Shown here: piece after piece, positions 1 through 11,873 of the stretch | Numbering within the stretch: the first letter of the stretch is position 1 | Layout: every line of letters begins with the position of its first letter | Source of the DNA: Geosiphon pyriformis uo1 | Taxonomy: Eukaryota; Fungi; Glomeromycota | Direction of reading: 5' to 3' | DNA: 64,000 nucleotides | Assembly (NCBI GenBank): GCA_016748015.1 | Contig: JAAOMT010000236.1 | Coordinates: forward strand, 1 to 64,000 | Made by a program: the position numbers and the translations under genes | The notes under the pieces: generated by a model | The model's database searches: none | The model's input: only the letters and a program-made list of their open reading frames with translations | Told to the model about the DNA's origin: nothing

Positions 1-10
1 TTTTTTGTTT

Positions 11-57
<47 letters not shown>

Positions 58-102
58 GTGAGATTGTTTCTAAATTATAAGGGAATAACTAGTAAAATTA
101 AA

Positions 103-1313
103 TTAAGTGTTCAGGTTGGAAGGTTGTTCAATGACAACTATTGGTTCTAAGTTTTGGAGAATATCTTTGGGATTGACTAAAGAGGAATGTGTACTAATTT
201 GTGGAATTAATGGTTCAGGATTGTTTCTGGAATGATAGTGTTTTAAATGATCTCCATGTGCAACTTTTGCTAAAATTTTGTCATCAAGTCTTAGCTTGTA
301 TGATCCATTGCCTAGGACTTCATAGATAAAGAATGGTCCATCCCATTTATTTTCAAATTTTCCACTTCATTGTTTTTCAGCTTTAGTTTTGTGTAAAAGA
401 ACTTTGTTTCCAATTTTAAATTCATTGGTGACTGGAGGCAATTTGTCATCATGCCGTTCTTTTTGTCGAGCTTGGGAGTGTTCAATATGGGTGGCTGCTA
501 TTCGTCATTTTCCTTTCAATGTGTTAAGCAGAGTGTAGGCTCTTCGCTGAAGCATTTCTTGGAAATTGTTTTCATTGATTGGTTGTGCTGGGTATGTTTC
601 CACTGTGAAACTAATTGGTAATATTACTGTCCTTCCATAAGTTAAATCAAATGGTGTGTGTTTTGTGGTATCTTGTTTTAGTGTTCTGTATGCTAGCAAC
701 ACTGATGGAATAAAGATATCTTACTTTTGCTCAAAATTGGTTGAGACTTTGGCTAATGACTTACACAATGTTTTGTTAAAACGTTCCACAAGTCTGTTTG
801 TTTGTGGATGGTAGGACAAAGACAGAGGTCTTTTGACATTGAATTATTCACAATATAACAGTTTTCTTGAGTGGTAATAGATAATGGTCCGACTAAATCG
901 ATACCAACTCAGTCAAAGGGTTGTCCAACTTTGATTGGATTTAATGGTTCAGTAGGACGTGTTTCTTCTCTTCTTTGACAACTATCACAAAATTTGACAT
1001 ATTTGTGAATGTCTTTTTTTATTTGAGGCCAAAAGTAGTATTTTAGCATTCTTTGGGTGGTGCTATCTTTTCCGAAGTGTGCTGATGAAGGATCTGAGTG
1101 CATGCTGTATAATATGGTCTCTTTTTCCTGTTTTTGTATTAATCTGAGTGGTTTGTTTGGGTTTTTGAAATTTCGATGATAAATAATGTTGTTGTGTAAA
1201 AAATATTGTTTGGCTTGTTGTTGTAGTCAATGTTTTTCATCTGGAGACCAATCTGTTGGGATTGTTAATGGTTCCAAATATTGTTTGAGATTGTTGTAGT
1301 TTTCCGAATTCAT
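103..1313 (-). pseudogene. Integrase ORF of element A (own ATG at 1313), internally deleted
   Basis: MNSENYNNLKQYL start, H2C2 zinc finger (H..SSAH...CDSCQR), GIDLVGP, YHPQTNxLVERFN, GPF module, ends LEPIVVIEQPSNLNT*; the segment carrying the second catalytic Asp is missing near 850. Confidence 0.88.
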
Positions 1314-3203
1314 TGTTTGTTGGCTCTTTCAGTTGGTTAAGTTGAGTGTTGGTTTTTGTGTTTTCTAATCTTGTTTCATTCTGAAAAGACAGTCAATATT
1401 GGTGTGAAGTTTTCCTGGTTTGTGATGTACTATGTATCAATAGTTTGTTAGAAATCCTGTCCATCAGGTTTGTTTTGCATTCAGCTGAGTATATTTGTTC
1501 TGAAGCTATTTGAGTTCAATATTATCAGTGATAATATCGAATTCTTTAGGCCTGAGATAAAAGTTGAAGTGGTGTAAGGCCCAAATTACAGCTGCTGTTT
1601 CTAGTTCTGTGACAGGGTAGTTTTTTTCAACTGGTTTTAATGTTTTGCTAGCATAAGCAATTACTCACTCATTTCCGTTGTCATCTAGTTATAATAAGAT
1701 GGCATCAAAGGCAGTATACGAAGCATCTGTAGCTAGTCGAAATCGGTTGCTGAAATCCAGGTAGGTGAGGATTGGAGCTGTTGTCAGTTTTTTCTTAAGA
1801 ATTTCAAAAGCTTTTTGGTGTTCAGTAGTCCATTTGTATTCAACGTTTTTGGTGGTGAGCTGGTTGAGAGGTTTTGCAATTTTCGAGAATCCTTTGATAA
1901 ACTTCCAATAGTAGGATGCTAATCCTATGAATTCTTTTAGTTCTGTAGTGTTTCGAGGAGTTTTGAAGTTTTTGACAATGCTGATTTTTTCAGGATCTGG
2001 TTTGATTCCATCTTTACTAACAATATGCCCAAGGAAGGCCAAGCTTGTTTTTCCAAAGTAGCATTTTTCGATGTTGAGTTTTTGTTCTGCTTTTCATAAT
2101 TGTTAAAAAACTTCTCACAGGTGTTTTAAGTGTAATTTGAACGATGGAAAATAAACATCAGTATCGTCAAGATAAACGACTACTGACTTCCAAAGAAGTC
2201 TTTGGTACACAACATCCATTAATTTCTGAAATGTTGCTAGTGCATTGCATAATCTGAAAGACATTACATTAAACTTGTAATTTCCATCTTGGGTGGTGAA
2301 TGCTGTTTTGGGACAATCTTTGGGATCCATAGTAACTTGCCAGTAACCGCTTTTTAAATCTAGTGTTGAGAAGTATTTGGATTTTCCAAGGGCATCTAAC
2401 ATGTCATCAATCTGGGGAAGGGGGTAGGCATCTCCAATTGTAACACTGTTGAGTTGTCAATAATCAACACAAAATCAGATCTTTTCATTTTTCTTTTTAA
2501 CTAGAACTACAGGTGAAGTCCAAGGACTTATGGAGGGTTGGATGAGCTTGTTGTTAAGCATTTGTTGTATTTCTTCTCGGATGAATTGGTGGCTTTCTGA
2601 AGCAACTCGATATGCTTGTTGTCTTCTTGGTTTAGCATTTTCTGTATAAATTTAGTGTTGGACTAAATTAGTTCTTCCTAAGTTATTGTTTTCAGCAAAA
2701 ATATTGGCAAATTCTGCAATTAGCTCTTTGAGCTGGTTCTGTTGTTGTGGTTCAAGTTGTCCCATGTTGATTCAAGATAATTTTTCTATGACAACATAGT
2801 AGTTCTCAGTGCTAAAATTTGGGTTGATTTTTGGTAATGAATGTTCAATGATTTCTGAGAAATTGGGGACTGTCTGGGGTAGTTCTTGTTGAAAAATGTT
2901 ACTGTGAATAACTCTAATTTCTAAGTTATTTAATAAAATTATGAGGTAATTATTGGGGTTGTAAAAAGTAACTTGGACTTTCTTTGTTCCTTCTGGAATA
3001 TAAATGTTTGGGATTGAAATATTATGTTCCAAGCAGACTTGTTTATTGGACTCAAAAATTTGTTGTGTGGTTGTCAGCTTTGGGCAGGTGTAGATTTCTG
3101 GATGTTCTCCAAAGAGTGAGATGGTAATTGGTTGTAGAAGTCTGAGAATCTGGTGGGATTCGTTTTGTGTGTTAAGAGCTATATTAACTGGAACTGTGAA
3201 TCA

Positions 3204-3620
3204 TCCAGTTAAACCAAAACCTTGGGTTTCTCTATCATTTTTTCCTAATTGTTCTCTTTGATTGACTAGTTGCAAACTCGAAATGTTGATTAAAGGTAGG
3301 TAAATAGCTTGGGCAATTTTTTCAGCATGTTCAATCTTGAATGGTTTGTCAGTTTTGTTTTGAAGCATCACTGTAATGTCTCCAGTATATTCAGCATCGA
3401 TTATTTCTCCTCTGACATTGATTCCTTTGCTTGCCAAAGAGGACTGGGGAGTGATTTGAACCATTGCTCCTGGCAGGATTTCAAGTGCAATTTTGAGGTT
3501 GATTTTTGTGAGAGATTTGGGTTTGAGAACAAGAATATCTTTATCTGGATATCTTAGGTCATATTCAGCATCAATTTCGTGTGCTTTTTTGGGTTTTATT
3601 CCTTGTCCATTGTTGTTGAA
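3204..3620 (-). pseudogene. dut: dUTPase domain of A
   Basis: All five trimeric dUTPase motifs recognisable despite G to A decay: DAEYDL, PQSSL, GEIIDAEYTG, KIAQAI, RETQGFGLTG. Confidence 0.93.
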
Positions 3621-3749
3621 GTATTTAAGTTGTAAGGCAGGCTGATTTTTGATAAGGTAGATGGGTGTTGTTTCAATTTCTTCTGTTGCTTCAGGTTCTC
3701 CAAATTCAATTTCGTTCTCATCATTTTTGCTGGGCAAGGGGATACTAAA

Positions 3750-4370
3750 AGCATAGCATTCAGAACACCACTGTTCATCACAAGGCATAATGCATTCTTC
3801 ACATAGCCTAATGTTTATTTGCTCTAATTATTGAATTTGAGCTTCTTGGGTTGGGTAAGTGTAACTTGCAATTTGGTAGTAGACTTCTACTTTGTCTTCA
3901 TAATCAAATCCAGCTAATTCCATAGTGTATTCAATGTATTCTGCTTCCTTCATTTGACGAACATCTTCTTTGGTAGCTCTATTAATTAATGCCATTGCTA
4001 GGTCAAAAATCATCTTGGCATCATGGGGGTAGTGATAAAGTTTGTTGAAAGCACTATTGTATGCTGCATTAAAGGGTGTTCTTCTTTTTACTTTTTCTGA
4101 AATTGATAAAGCATATTGGCAGGTCTGATCACAGACTCCTCTTTTTATGGCTACATCAATCCAATTGCATTCTTCCAGTAGCATATCTCTACAAGTTAAA
4201 CAAGGGATGTTGTCCCATTTTCTGCTTCTTTTTATTAGATGGCCCCATTATTTTCTGTGGCAAGCCTTGCAGTAATAACAAGTATGATTTTCATATTCTT
4301 CTTCAGGTGAAATGCAGACTCCCATTGACAATAGTTTCTTGTGGCAGTCCTTATATTTAAGGAGAATATA
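3750..4370 (-). other. Cys-rich (multi-CxxC) domain between PR and dUTPase in A
   Basis: YCKAC..KWDNIPCLTC..GVCDQTCQY..YPHD..LCEECIMPCDEQWCSEC; homologous blocks in B-G. Confidence 0.8.
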
Positions 4371-7003
4371 GGGGTGTTGTTTCCTTGGTTTGGGTTTTGA
4401 GTAAAGAATATTCCATTCAGAGGTTTTGGGTTCAGAGTATGAGGTAAAATGTTCTTGTTCTGTTTCATCGGCCCAGTTGGACATTGATCAAAGAGCCATG
4501 AATGTTTCAATGAGAGGTTTTTCCTCTTCCAGTTCGAATTCAAAAGCTGGGGCTTTTTCAGAGCATTTGTTGAATGTACTACAAGTGGCAGATACTTAGG
4601 CATGTTGTCCTTGGTAGGAGATTGTTAACTCTTGTGTTTCCCAATTCAGATTAGCATTGGCTTTTTGAAGCCAATTATTTCTGATGAGAGTTTGGTACTG
4701 GGGTGTGTCTATTACAAGAACTTTGACTAGAATGGTGATTCCATCAAAAGTGAACGGAAAATTGTCAATTTCTCCTACTGGGGTTTTTTTTATGCCATCA
4801 GCAGTGACGATTACTGTTTGAGCTGGTCGGTCGACATTTCTCTTCAACTGTTGCATTAACTGGTAAGTGATAATGCTTCTGGTGGATTCACTGTTTAGGA
4901 TCAAGCGAATTGTTTTTCCTTCAACTTCTGCTTCAGTGTACATAGCCGTGATTGCTTTTTGTTTATTGGCAGCTGTATTGCTAAGCAGAAATGGTAACTC
5001 ATTTGCTTCAAACTCAAAAGGGAATATATCTGAAAGGTTAGTGTTTTCAGCAATTCTGGCTGGTGGGATTGTGGTGAGAGTATAGGAAGAGTTTTGTTGT
5101 TGTGCTGCAGCTCTACCTTCTGAGGATGCAGTATGGTGAAAATTCTGTTCTTCTGGTATTGTTAAATAACTGGATTGAGTGTGGTAGTGGTTGGGTCTTG
5201 GTTGAATGGAATTTCAGGAAACCAATTGGTTGTTCAAACTGATTCTATTGTTGTTTACTTGGTATCGGTTTTGTGGTGTGAATTGATTTTGTGTAATCAG
5301 TCTTCGAGCAGGTACTTGATAATGTTGTGTGGGTGGTTGTTGGTATTGCTGTTGAATTGGCTGTGGGGTGGGCTGATAATAGTTATTTTGGTATTGGGAT
5401 TTTGGTGGATAGTAAGCTGGTGGTGGTGGTTGATAATAAGATTGCTGTGGTGGCGGGTAACATTGATTACTCCTATTTTGTTGGCCTCATTGTAGCTTTC
5501 TGCAATCTTTTTTCCAGTGGCCAGAGATTCCACAGTAATGGCAATTCTGAGGCTAGTTATTGGAAAGTGATGCAAAGTTATTTTTATTTCATCTTTGGGG
5601 TGGTTGATATCTTTGGGGTTGCTGTTGTTGATTGGTGAAATAGTTTTCAACCTTCTTTGTGAGTTGGTCAATTTTTTCTTCAGCTGCTGAGCTGGTTTTT
5701 CCAATTGCCAAATTTACAAGTTTTGTGTAATTGGCCTCCTCCATGGCCATTTCATATCTTTTCGCATGCTGTATGGCAGAGTTTAAATCTTCTGGTGCAT
5801 GTGGGTGAACCTTTTTAATTAGTTTATCTTTTAGACCAGTGATAAATTGATCCAAAATTTGAGCATCAGAATAATAATTGTTTGTTTCAAGTTGGCAAAT
5901 TTGTCTGAGAAGTTTGTTGAATTTCCCAATATAAGTCATAACAGATTCAGAGGGTTCTTGTTTGATATTTTGAAAACAATTGCAAAGAGTAATGGAGGTA
6001 TTATTGTCGGTGAACTGTTCAAGGAAGGCTGCTTTGAAAGCGTTCCAATCATTGAATGGGGTGGCCAAGTTTTCAAACTATTCTCCTGCTGTTTCTTTGA
6101 GAAAGTAGAGAATTGTTCTTAACATTCTGGCAGCATTCCATCCATTTGCATCTCTAGCTTTAGTAACTTGGTCAAGCCATTCTTGGAGACTGGTCTCAAT
6201 GTTTTCTCCATTAAATTCAGAAATTTTTGCAATATATGTTGTTATTTTGTCTTCTTTGTTTTCACTGTCTATTAATTCTTCTTCAGATATTTCAGGTTTG
6301 TTTTCTTCATTTGCTGCTGTCTCAGAGTGTTCACTTTGATTTTCAGCTAGAAAGTCAAGGAGATTGGAACTAGTTTGAAGGGATTCTTGTTGTCTGATGG
6401 GACTTCTAAGTAATGTAAAATCTTCTGGTCTTGCAAATCGATTCAAGGGTGAATTAGGCGTTTGTGCTTGTGCAAGTGAAGCTGAAAAAAGTGTGATAGT
6501 AAGTGGAAGTTTTGAACTGGTTCCTTGTTCAGGTGTTTGTAAATGTTTGGCAGTTGTTTTTGGTAGTGTTAGAGTATTTGGGGTGGTATTTGAGTATTGC
6601 TTCAATTTGTTTTTGCCTTTGTTGCTTGTTTCTGTTTCCAATTTAAAATCAATAGAGTATTAAAACTGCACTGGATATGTTTCTTTACAGTATTTGATAA
6701 TGTTAAAATTAAGTTCGTAAAAGTAAGTGGCAAGTGTTTCACTGTTAAGGTTTTCAGTTTCCAACTGTGAATAGTGTGCTAAATTGTTGTAAAGGTTGCT
6801 TCTAACTTCTGAAATATTGTAATTTCCAAAAAGATAATTGTTGATGCGGTTTTCAATGTATTGATATACTGATTTCTTGACAACTTCAATTCCGTCTGGA
6901 ATGTTGAATCTTTGCTTGCAGTGGATGTAAATTGATTGGTAATACTCTAGAGTTGTTGTGTCTGGTGTGGTCACCACTTTGAATTTTGTTGTTGCTGTGT
7001 TAT

Positions 7004-7021
7004 TTCCATGGGAGAACACCA
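7004..7021 (-). promoter_or_regulatory. Primer-binding site of A (TGGTGTTCTCCC...)
   Basis: TGG 2 nt after the LTR end TAACA; G has TGGTGCTCTCTC; cognate tRNA not determined. Confidence 0.8.
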
Positions 7022-7023
7022 AA

Positions 7024-8002
7024 TGTTACCAGAGGTTTTTGGTCTCTTTTCTTGAATGTTGTTGATGCCTGTTTGCTGTGAATTCACGTTTTCTGGATGT
7101 GGTTGAACCTCTAGTACTGAATTTATCTTCAAATTATCTCCTATAATTTGAACTGCTGGACTTATAAGTGGAATGGCCAATTCTGTGCCAGTTACTTTGT
7201 ATAGTTATGTTGTAGTAAATGTCAACTTTTTCCCAGGAATTGCTTGTCTGGAAGCTCATTAAATGTGTAGTTACTTTGCTGTGAAAGTCAACTCTTCTAC
7301 AGGAATTTCATCTGTAGACTACCTTAATGATTATAATAAGAAAATAAAAAGAAAATAAAAGAAATATAAAAGAAATAGAATTCTGTCAAGGGAAACGTTT
7401 TTGATCCAGATCTGGAGTTACTAACAGTTTATTGAAATTGGTAGCTAATCAATTTCAGAACGTTAGTTGGATTTTGAGGATTTTTCAAGTGCAATAATTA
7501 AAGAATTTGGTTTTTCGAATTTGTTTGATATTTATTTTTCTTTTGTGTATGTAGGAATGATTCTAAGTGATAAATCTAAAGTAAGATACATTTTCTCAAA
7601 GAGAGAAGCTCTTCTTTTATACAACTTGTTGTAACACTATTCTATGAACTTGAACTTTGCTCTTTTCTACAATTTTGTTGAACTAAAGATACATTTTAGT
7701 GAACTACAAGTTATTTCTGCGAACTATTAGATATTTTGGTGAACTATCAATTATTTCGGCAAATTTTTTCAAATTTTGGTGAACTTTTTGAATGTTACAT
7801 AGTTCGGAGTATTACATAATTGATCATCACAATTAGGTTACATTTGTGTTATGTACAAATTGGATTATTAATTAAATAATAATTTTGGATATTTTGCTAA
7901 TATACTAAGTGATAATTTGAAACAATAATATATGTTAATTAATGATAGGAATTATAAAGATAATTTCATGCTAAATAATATCTCTAATTTCATCTGATAA
8001 CA
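7024..8002 (-). repeat. 5' LTR of A (family 1, 979 bp)
   Basis: Inverted termini TGTTATCAG...CTGGTAACA, TATAAAAG near 7615, AATAAA near 7430, 20-bp U3 repeats 7680-7790; homologous to 10904-, 53661-, 55104- and 63401-. Confidence 0.93.
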
Positions 8003-8049
8003 ATGCCCCTAATGTTACAAATAGCAATTTTTCAAATAAAATCATTCAT
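8003..8049 (-). pseudogene. Start of LINE ORF2 (APE endonuclease motif I), cut by A
   Basis: ATG overlaps the ORF1 stop (ATGA) and reads MNDFI*KIAICNIRG, matching the IxxxNxRG start of APE domains. Confidence 0.7.
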
Positions 8050-9767
8050 TGGAATGGAGGTTGTGGAAGCATACTACCAGCCAAAACCAAACCATTAAAA
8101 TAAGCAGACAAACTCAGCACCAAAGCAGCAAGGCCTTCCAACATATTTTCTAACTTGGCAACATAGAGAGACACAAATGAGTCTCTTACTGAAGCAGTAG
8201 CAGTCCTATCACTAGTGGTCTCACTCAAACCCATTCCCATCACTATATCTTTCCCTTGATTCTGCGATGGGAAAGTCACTGGCAACTGACATCCAGGGCT
8301 AGACTGGAGAACTGCCAGCACAAGTGAATCCAACCTCTTAGCCAACTCATTAATTTGTCTCACAAGGCTGATGAGACTGCTTTCAATATTTGTCAAATAC
8401 ATATCCAAATTCTTCGCAACAGAAGGAAGAGGTTTTCTAACTTTGTCAGAACCGAGAAGTGAACCAGCACTATGAGGATTGTGTACAGAAGAAACACCAA
8501 CTACTGACATCCAAGTCTTACCACTGAAGACCAATGGATGAGAAATGGGCATGGATTTCTTTGCATAGATAGTCACCAATTTGACCTGATCCTGACCAAA
8601 AAGAGGAGTCTTTCTGCCCTTCAGAGTTGAACCAACCTTAACCAAAACACAATTGAGAGATATATGACCAGGAATCCTGCAGACCGAGCACAGCACCAAA
8701 GAGAGGTGAGACCAACAGAGACCAATTTTTTTTATAACTGGGATTGCAGCCATTGCATTAACTAGATCAGATTCAGACCCAAAGCAAACAGTGGCACAGT
8801 GGGCACGAGTGTAGCTTACAGGATTATGATCAATAATACATGTTTTTCCACCAACTGAACCAACGAAATCCCAAAGATCATGAGCATTAGTTCCCACAGA
8901 AAGAGTATAGAGCAGCACCTTAAATTCATCCCTGAAATTCTATGTCTGTTTGTCAACATCAGCCCTGGTCATACATACTGCATCCTTTCCAATGAAGATA
9001 GACCATTTGGATGCCAAAAGATCAGCCTGATTTTGATCTTCCAATTCAATAATTGCTTTTTGCCACAGACCCACCAGCTGTATCTTGATTGACTTAATCA
9101 ATCCAAACTCGGAAATGGCAGCACGCACAGCCTCCATAGAAGTTCTCATAGAAATTTTTTTTATCACAATTGTCCGATTTGTATGATTGTTGTTTGGGTG
9201 CTTTAGATCGGTGTTTATTACAATATTACGATCATTTGCCAATTTCTCAGCAGTCATCATTGCTTTTTCTGAAGTGAAAGTAGCCCATATAATTTCACCA
9301 AATTTTGAGGAGGTGGAGGCCCCCCCAAAACCATTCACACCAGAAAATAATTTTCTGACAAAACTTAATTTCTCTTGAGAAGACTTCTCAGTGATGACCA
9401 CAAAATCAATATTTAAAGCAAAGGACTTGCGAACAGACACTTAAATGGATAGTTTGATATGAAGAGGGGGCAGGAGAAGGAAGGAATCATTCAAAACATC
9501 ATTACCTGCATTGACAGTATTATAATCAATCACATCCAGTGGCTTTTTCAATACTTTTTTGGTCTTTATATGCAAACTTTTTGGTGTTTGATCAGGATCT
9601 CCTTCTGTAAAAGTACCACTCTCACCATAGTCAACACTAGTTTTTTCAATCAAGCACTTTTTTTCAATGTCAATACTCTCTTCCAATACATCTCCCTTCC
9701 TTTTCTTCCTCGATACAACAGCTTTAAAACCACCATTAGAACCAGTACTTTTAAGAGTCTTCTTTAT
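8046..9767 (-). pseudogene. LINE ORF1 (RRM-like region plus CCHC zinc knuckle, C-terminal coiled coil)
   Basis: ORFs 9441-9686, 8940-9440 and 8046-8918 share one frame; CSVCRIPGHISLNC; probable start ATA (decayed ATG) KKTLKS at 9767. Confidence 0.75.
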
Positions 9768-10903
9768 AACAGCAATAACAGGGCCAACAATAGTCTCGTA
9801 ATTGAAAAATGATTTTGATTTATCATATTGAATGGTAAAAAACTTCTTTTAAAAAAACTTTTGACTTTTTATTGGGAATTTTGAATGAAGGAGAAAAAGA
9901 AGTTGTTTTACTATAGACAAGTTCAAATGGTGTTGCTTGTATAATATTTTGCTTCATTGTCTGATAAGCAAATAATATTGATAATATAAATAAGTCCCAT
10001 TTATTCTGGTTTTTTTGGCTAATTTTGGCTATTGCTTTACACAATATTTTGTTGAATTTTTTAAATAAGCCATTGGTTTATGGATAATATAATAAAAATA
10101 ATGGTCTTTTGATTCCAAATCTTTGACTTAATTCTGTAAATAGTCTGTTTACAAAGTGGGGTTTTTTAATTTGATGATAATTTTTTTAGACATTTATGTC
10201 AACAAATTAAATCTTGGTGTATGAATTTGGTAATAGATTCTGCATTTGCTCTTTGAATTGTTTTAGTTTCTGGGTATTTTGTAAAATAGTTTATGACTAC
10301 TGCTATATAATGATTGTTTTTACTGATTATTATTAATAGTCTAACTAAGTTAATTCTAATTCAATCAAATAGTTGTTCTATTTTAATTGGTCTTAATGAT
10401 TTATTGAATTTTGTTCTTTTTTTTTTCTAATAAACATAACAATTTTAAACATATTAGATAATATTTGAATATATTCATAGCCAATAATATTTTTTTTTGG
10501 TTCTTTCTATAGTTGTTTCTTTATAAAAATGTTCTACTGTTGAATCTGTATGCATATTAAACAATATTGTTTCTTTTTTTGTTCTATAATTACTTTAAGT
10601 GATTGATTTAGATCTTTTCTGTTTTTTCGATATAATATATCTTAATAAATAATAAAATATTTTGATTGTTGTTTTATGTGGTTTTGTTTTTTTTGAGATA
10701 ATTTTTTATTAAATTGTTGAGTATTGATATAATATTAGAGTTGTTAATATTTTTGTGTATTTATTTTTTGTTATATTTTTGGGTTTGAAATATTTTTAGA
10801 TTTGTTTTATTTGCAATAAACCATCAGTATTTTCATTTTTTTTTCCTTTTTATAATATACAATATAATTAAATAGTAATAGTTTTATTTTTCATTTTACA
10901 TGA

Positions 10904-11873
10904 TATTACTGGAGGTTTTTGGTCTCTTTTCTTGAATGTTATTAATGCTTATTGGTTGTGAATTTACGTTTTCTGGAAGTAGTTGGATCTCTGATAACTG
11001 AATTTATCTTTAAATTATCTTTTATAATTTAAACTGCTGGGCTTATAAGTAGAATAGTCAATTTCGTGCCAGTTACTTTGTGTAGTTACATTGTAGTAAA
11101 CATCAACTTTTTTCCAGAAATTGTTTGTCTAGAAGCTCACTAAAATATGTAGTTACTTTGCTGTAAAAGTCAACTTTTTTACAGGAATTTTGTCTGTAAA
11201 CTATTTTAATAATTATAATAAGAAAAGTAAAAAAAAAAAAAACAAAATGTAAAAGAAATAGAATTTTGTCAAGAAAAACGTTTTCTNNNNNNNNNNNNNN
11301 NNNNNNNNNNNNNNNNNNNNNNNNNNNNNNNNNNNNNNNNNNNNNNNNNNNNNNNNNNNNNNNNNNNNNNNNNNNNNNNNNNNNNNNNNNNNNNNNNNNN
11401 NNNNNNNNNNNNNNNNNNNNNNNNNNNNNNNNNNNNNNNNNNNNNNNNNNNNNNNNNNNNNNNNNNNNNNNNNNNNNNNNNNNNNNNNNNNNNNNNNNNN
11501 NNNNNNNNNNNNNNNNNNNNNNNNNNNNNNNNNNNNNNNNNNNNNNNNNNNNNNNNNNNNNNNNNNNNNNNNNNNNNNNNNNNNNNNNNNNNNNNNNNNN
11601 NNNNNNNNNNNNNNNNNNNNNNNNNNNNNNNNNNNNNNNNNNNNNNNNNNNNNNNNNNNNNNNNNNNNNNNNNNNNNNNNNNNNNNNNNNNNNNNNNNNN
11701 NNNNNNNNNNNNNNNNNNNNNNNNNNNNNNNNNNNNNNNNNNNNNNNNNNNNNNNNNNNNNNNNNNNNNNNNNNNNNNNNNNNNNNNNNNNNNNNNNNNN
11801 NNNNNNNNNNNNNNNNNNNNNNNNNNNNNNNNNNNNNNNNNNNNNNNNNNNNNNNNNNNNNNNNNNNNNNNNN
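10904..11873 (-). repeat. Family-1 LTR, probably solo, in the RNase H of B; runs into an N gap
   Basis: 10904-11286 matches 7024 onward; B RNase H resumes after the gap; gap length is about the missing LTR length. Confidence 0.75.
11287..11873. other. Assembly gap (other gaps at 13285-13444, 18708-19092, 20126-20145)
   Basis: N runs. Confidence 0.99.

Larger units (their letters stand above)
1365..6977 (-). pseudogene. gag-pol: Single-frame gag-pol polyprotein of A (N-domain, Gag, CCHC, PR, Cys-rich, dUTPase, RT, RNase H), about 1870 codons with scattered premature stops
   Basis: ORF-track pieces starting at 7022, 6641, 6068, 4943, 4484, 4184, 3788, 3032, 2402 and 2042 share one frame; motifs CHYCGISGHWKKDC, LILNSES (decayed LILDSGS), LDLKSGYWQ, YLDDT, LATDAS; ends RMKQD*. 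Confidence 0.9.
1..8002 (-). mobile_element. Ty3/Gypsy LTR retrotransposon A (LTR family 1), 3' end outside the window; inserted into LINE ORF2
   Basis: 5' LTR 7024-8002, PBS, then Gag, CCHC, PR, Cys-rich domain, dUTPase, RT (YLDDT), RNase H and IN in Gypsy order; colinear with element G. Confidence 0.95.
8003..9902 (-). mobile_element. 5' part of a non-LTR retrotransposon (LINE) inserted in the integrase of B and interrupted by A
   Basis: Sharp junction with B integrase (ELVYSKT) near 9903; 5' UTR, ORF1 with CCHC knuckle, first codons of an APE-type ORF2. Confidence 0.75.

Noticed and set aside
1-56. Poly(T) as a retroposon tail
   Set aside because: Sits in the A-rich IN-ORF3 spacer of A with no attached element body; more likely an expanded homopolymer
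5175-5638. Hydrophobic plus-strand ORFs resembling membrane proteins (also 6397, 24118, 56952)
   Set aside because: Antisense shadows of Q/N/P/T-rich gag codons; not conserved between copies
1365-6977. Alternative genetic code (TGA as Trp, TAA as Gln)
   Set aside because: Stops of all three kinds replace Trp, Gln and Arg at different sites in different copies, as expected from transition decay
6971-7180. ORF running from U5 through the PBS (NIWCS)
   Set aside because: Its frame relative to gag differs among A, D and G; explained by PBS sequence constraint
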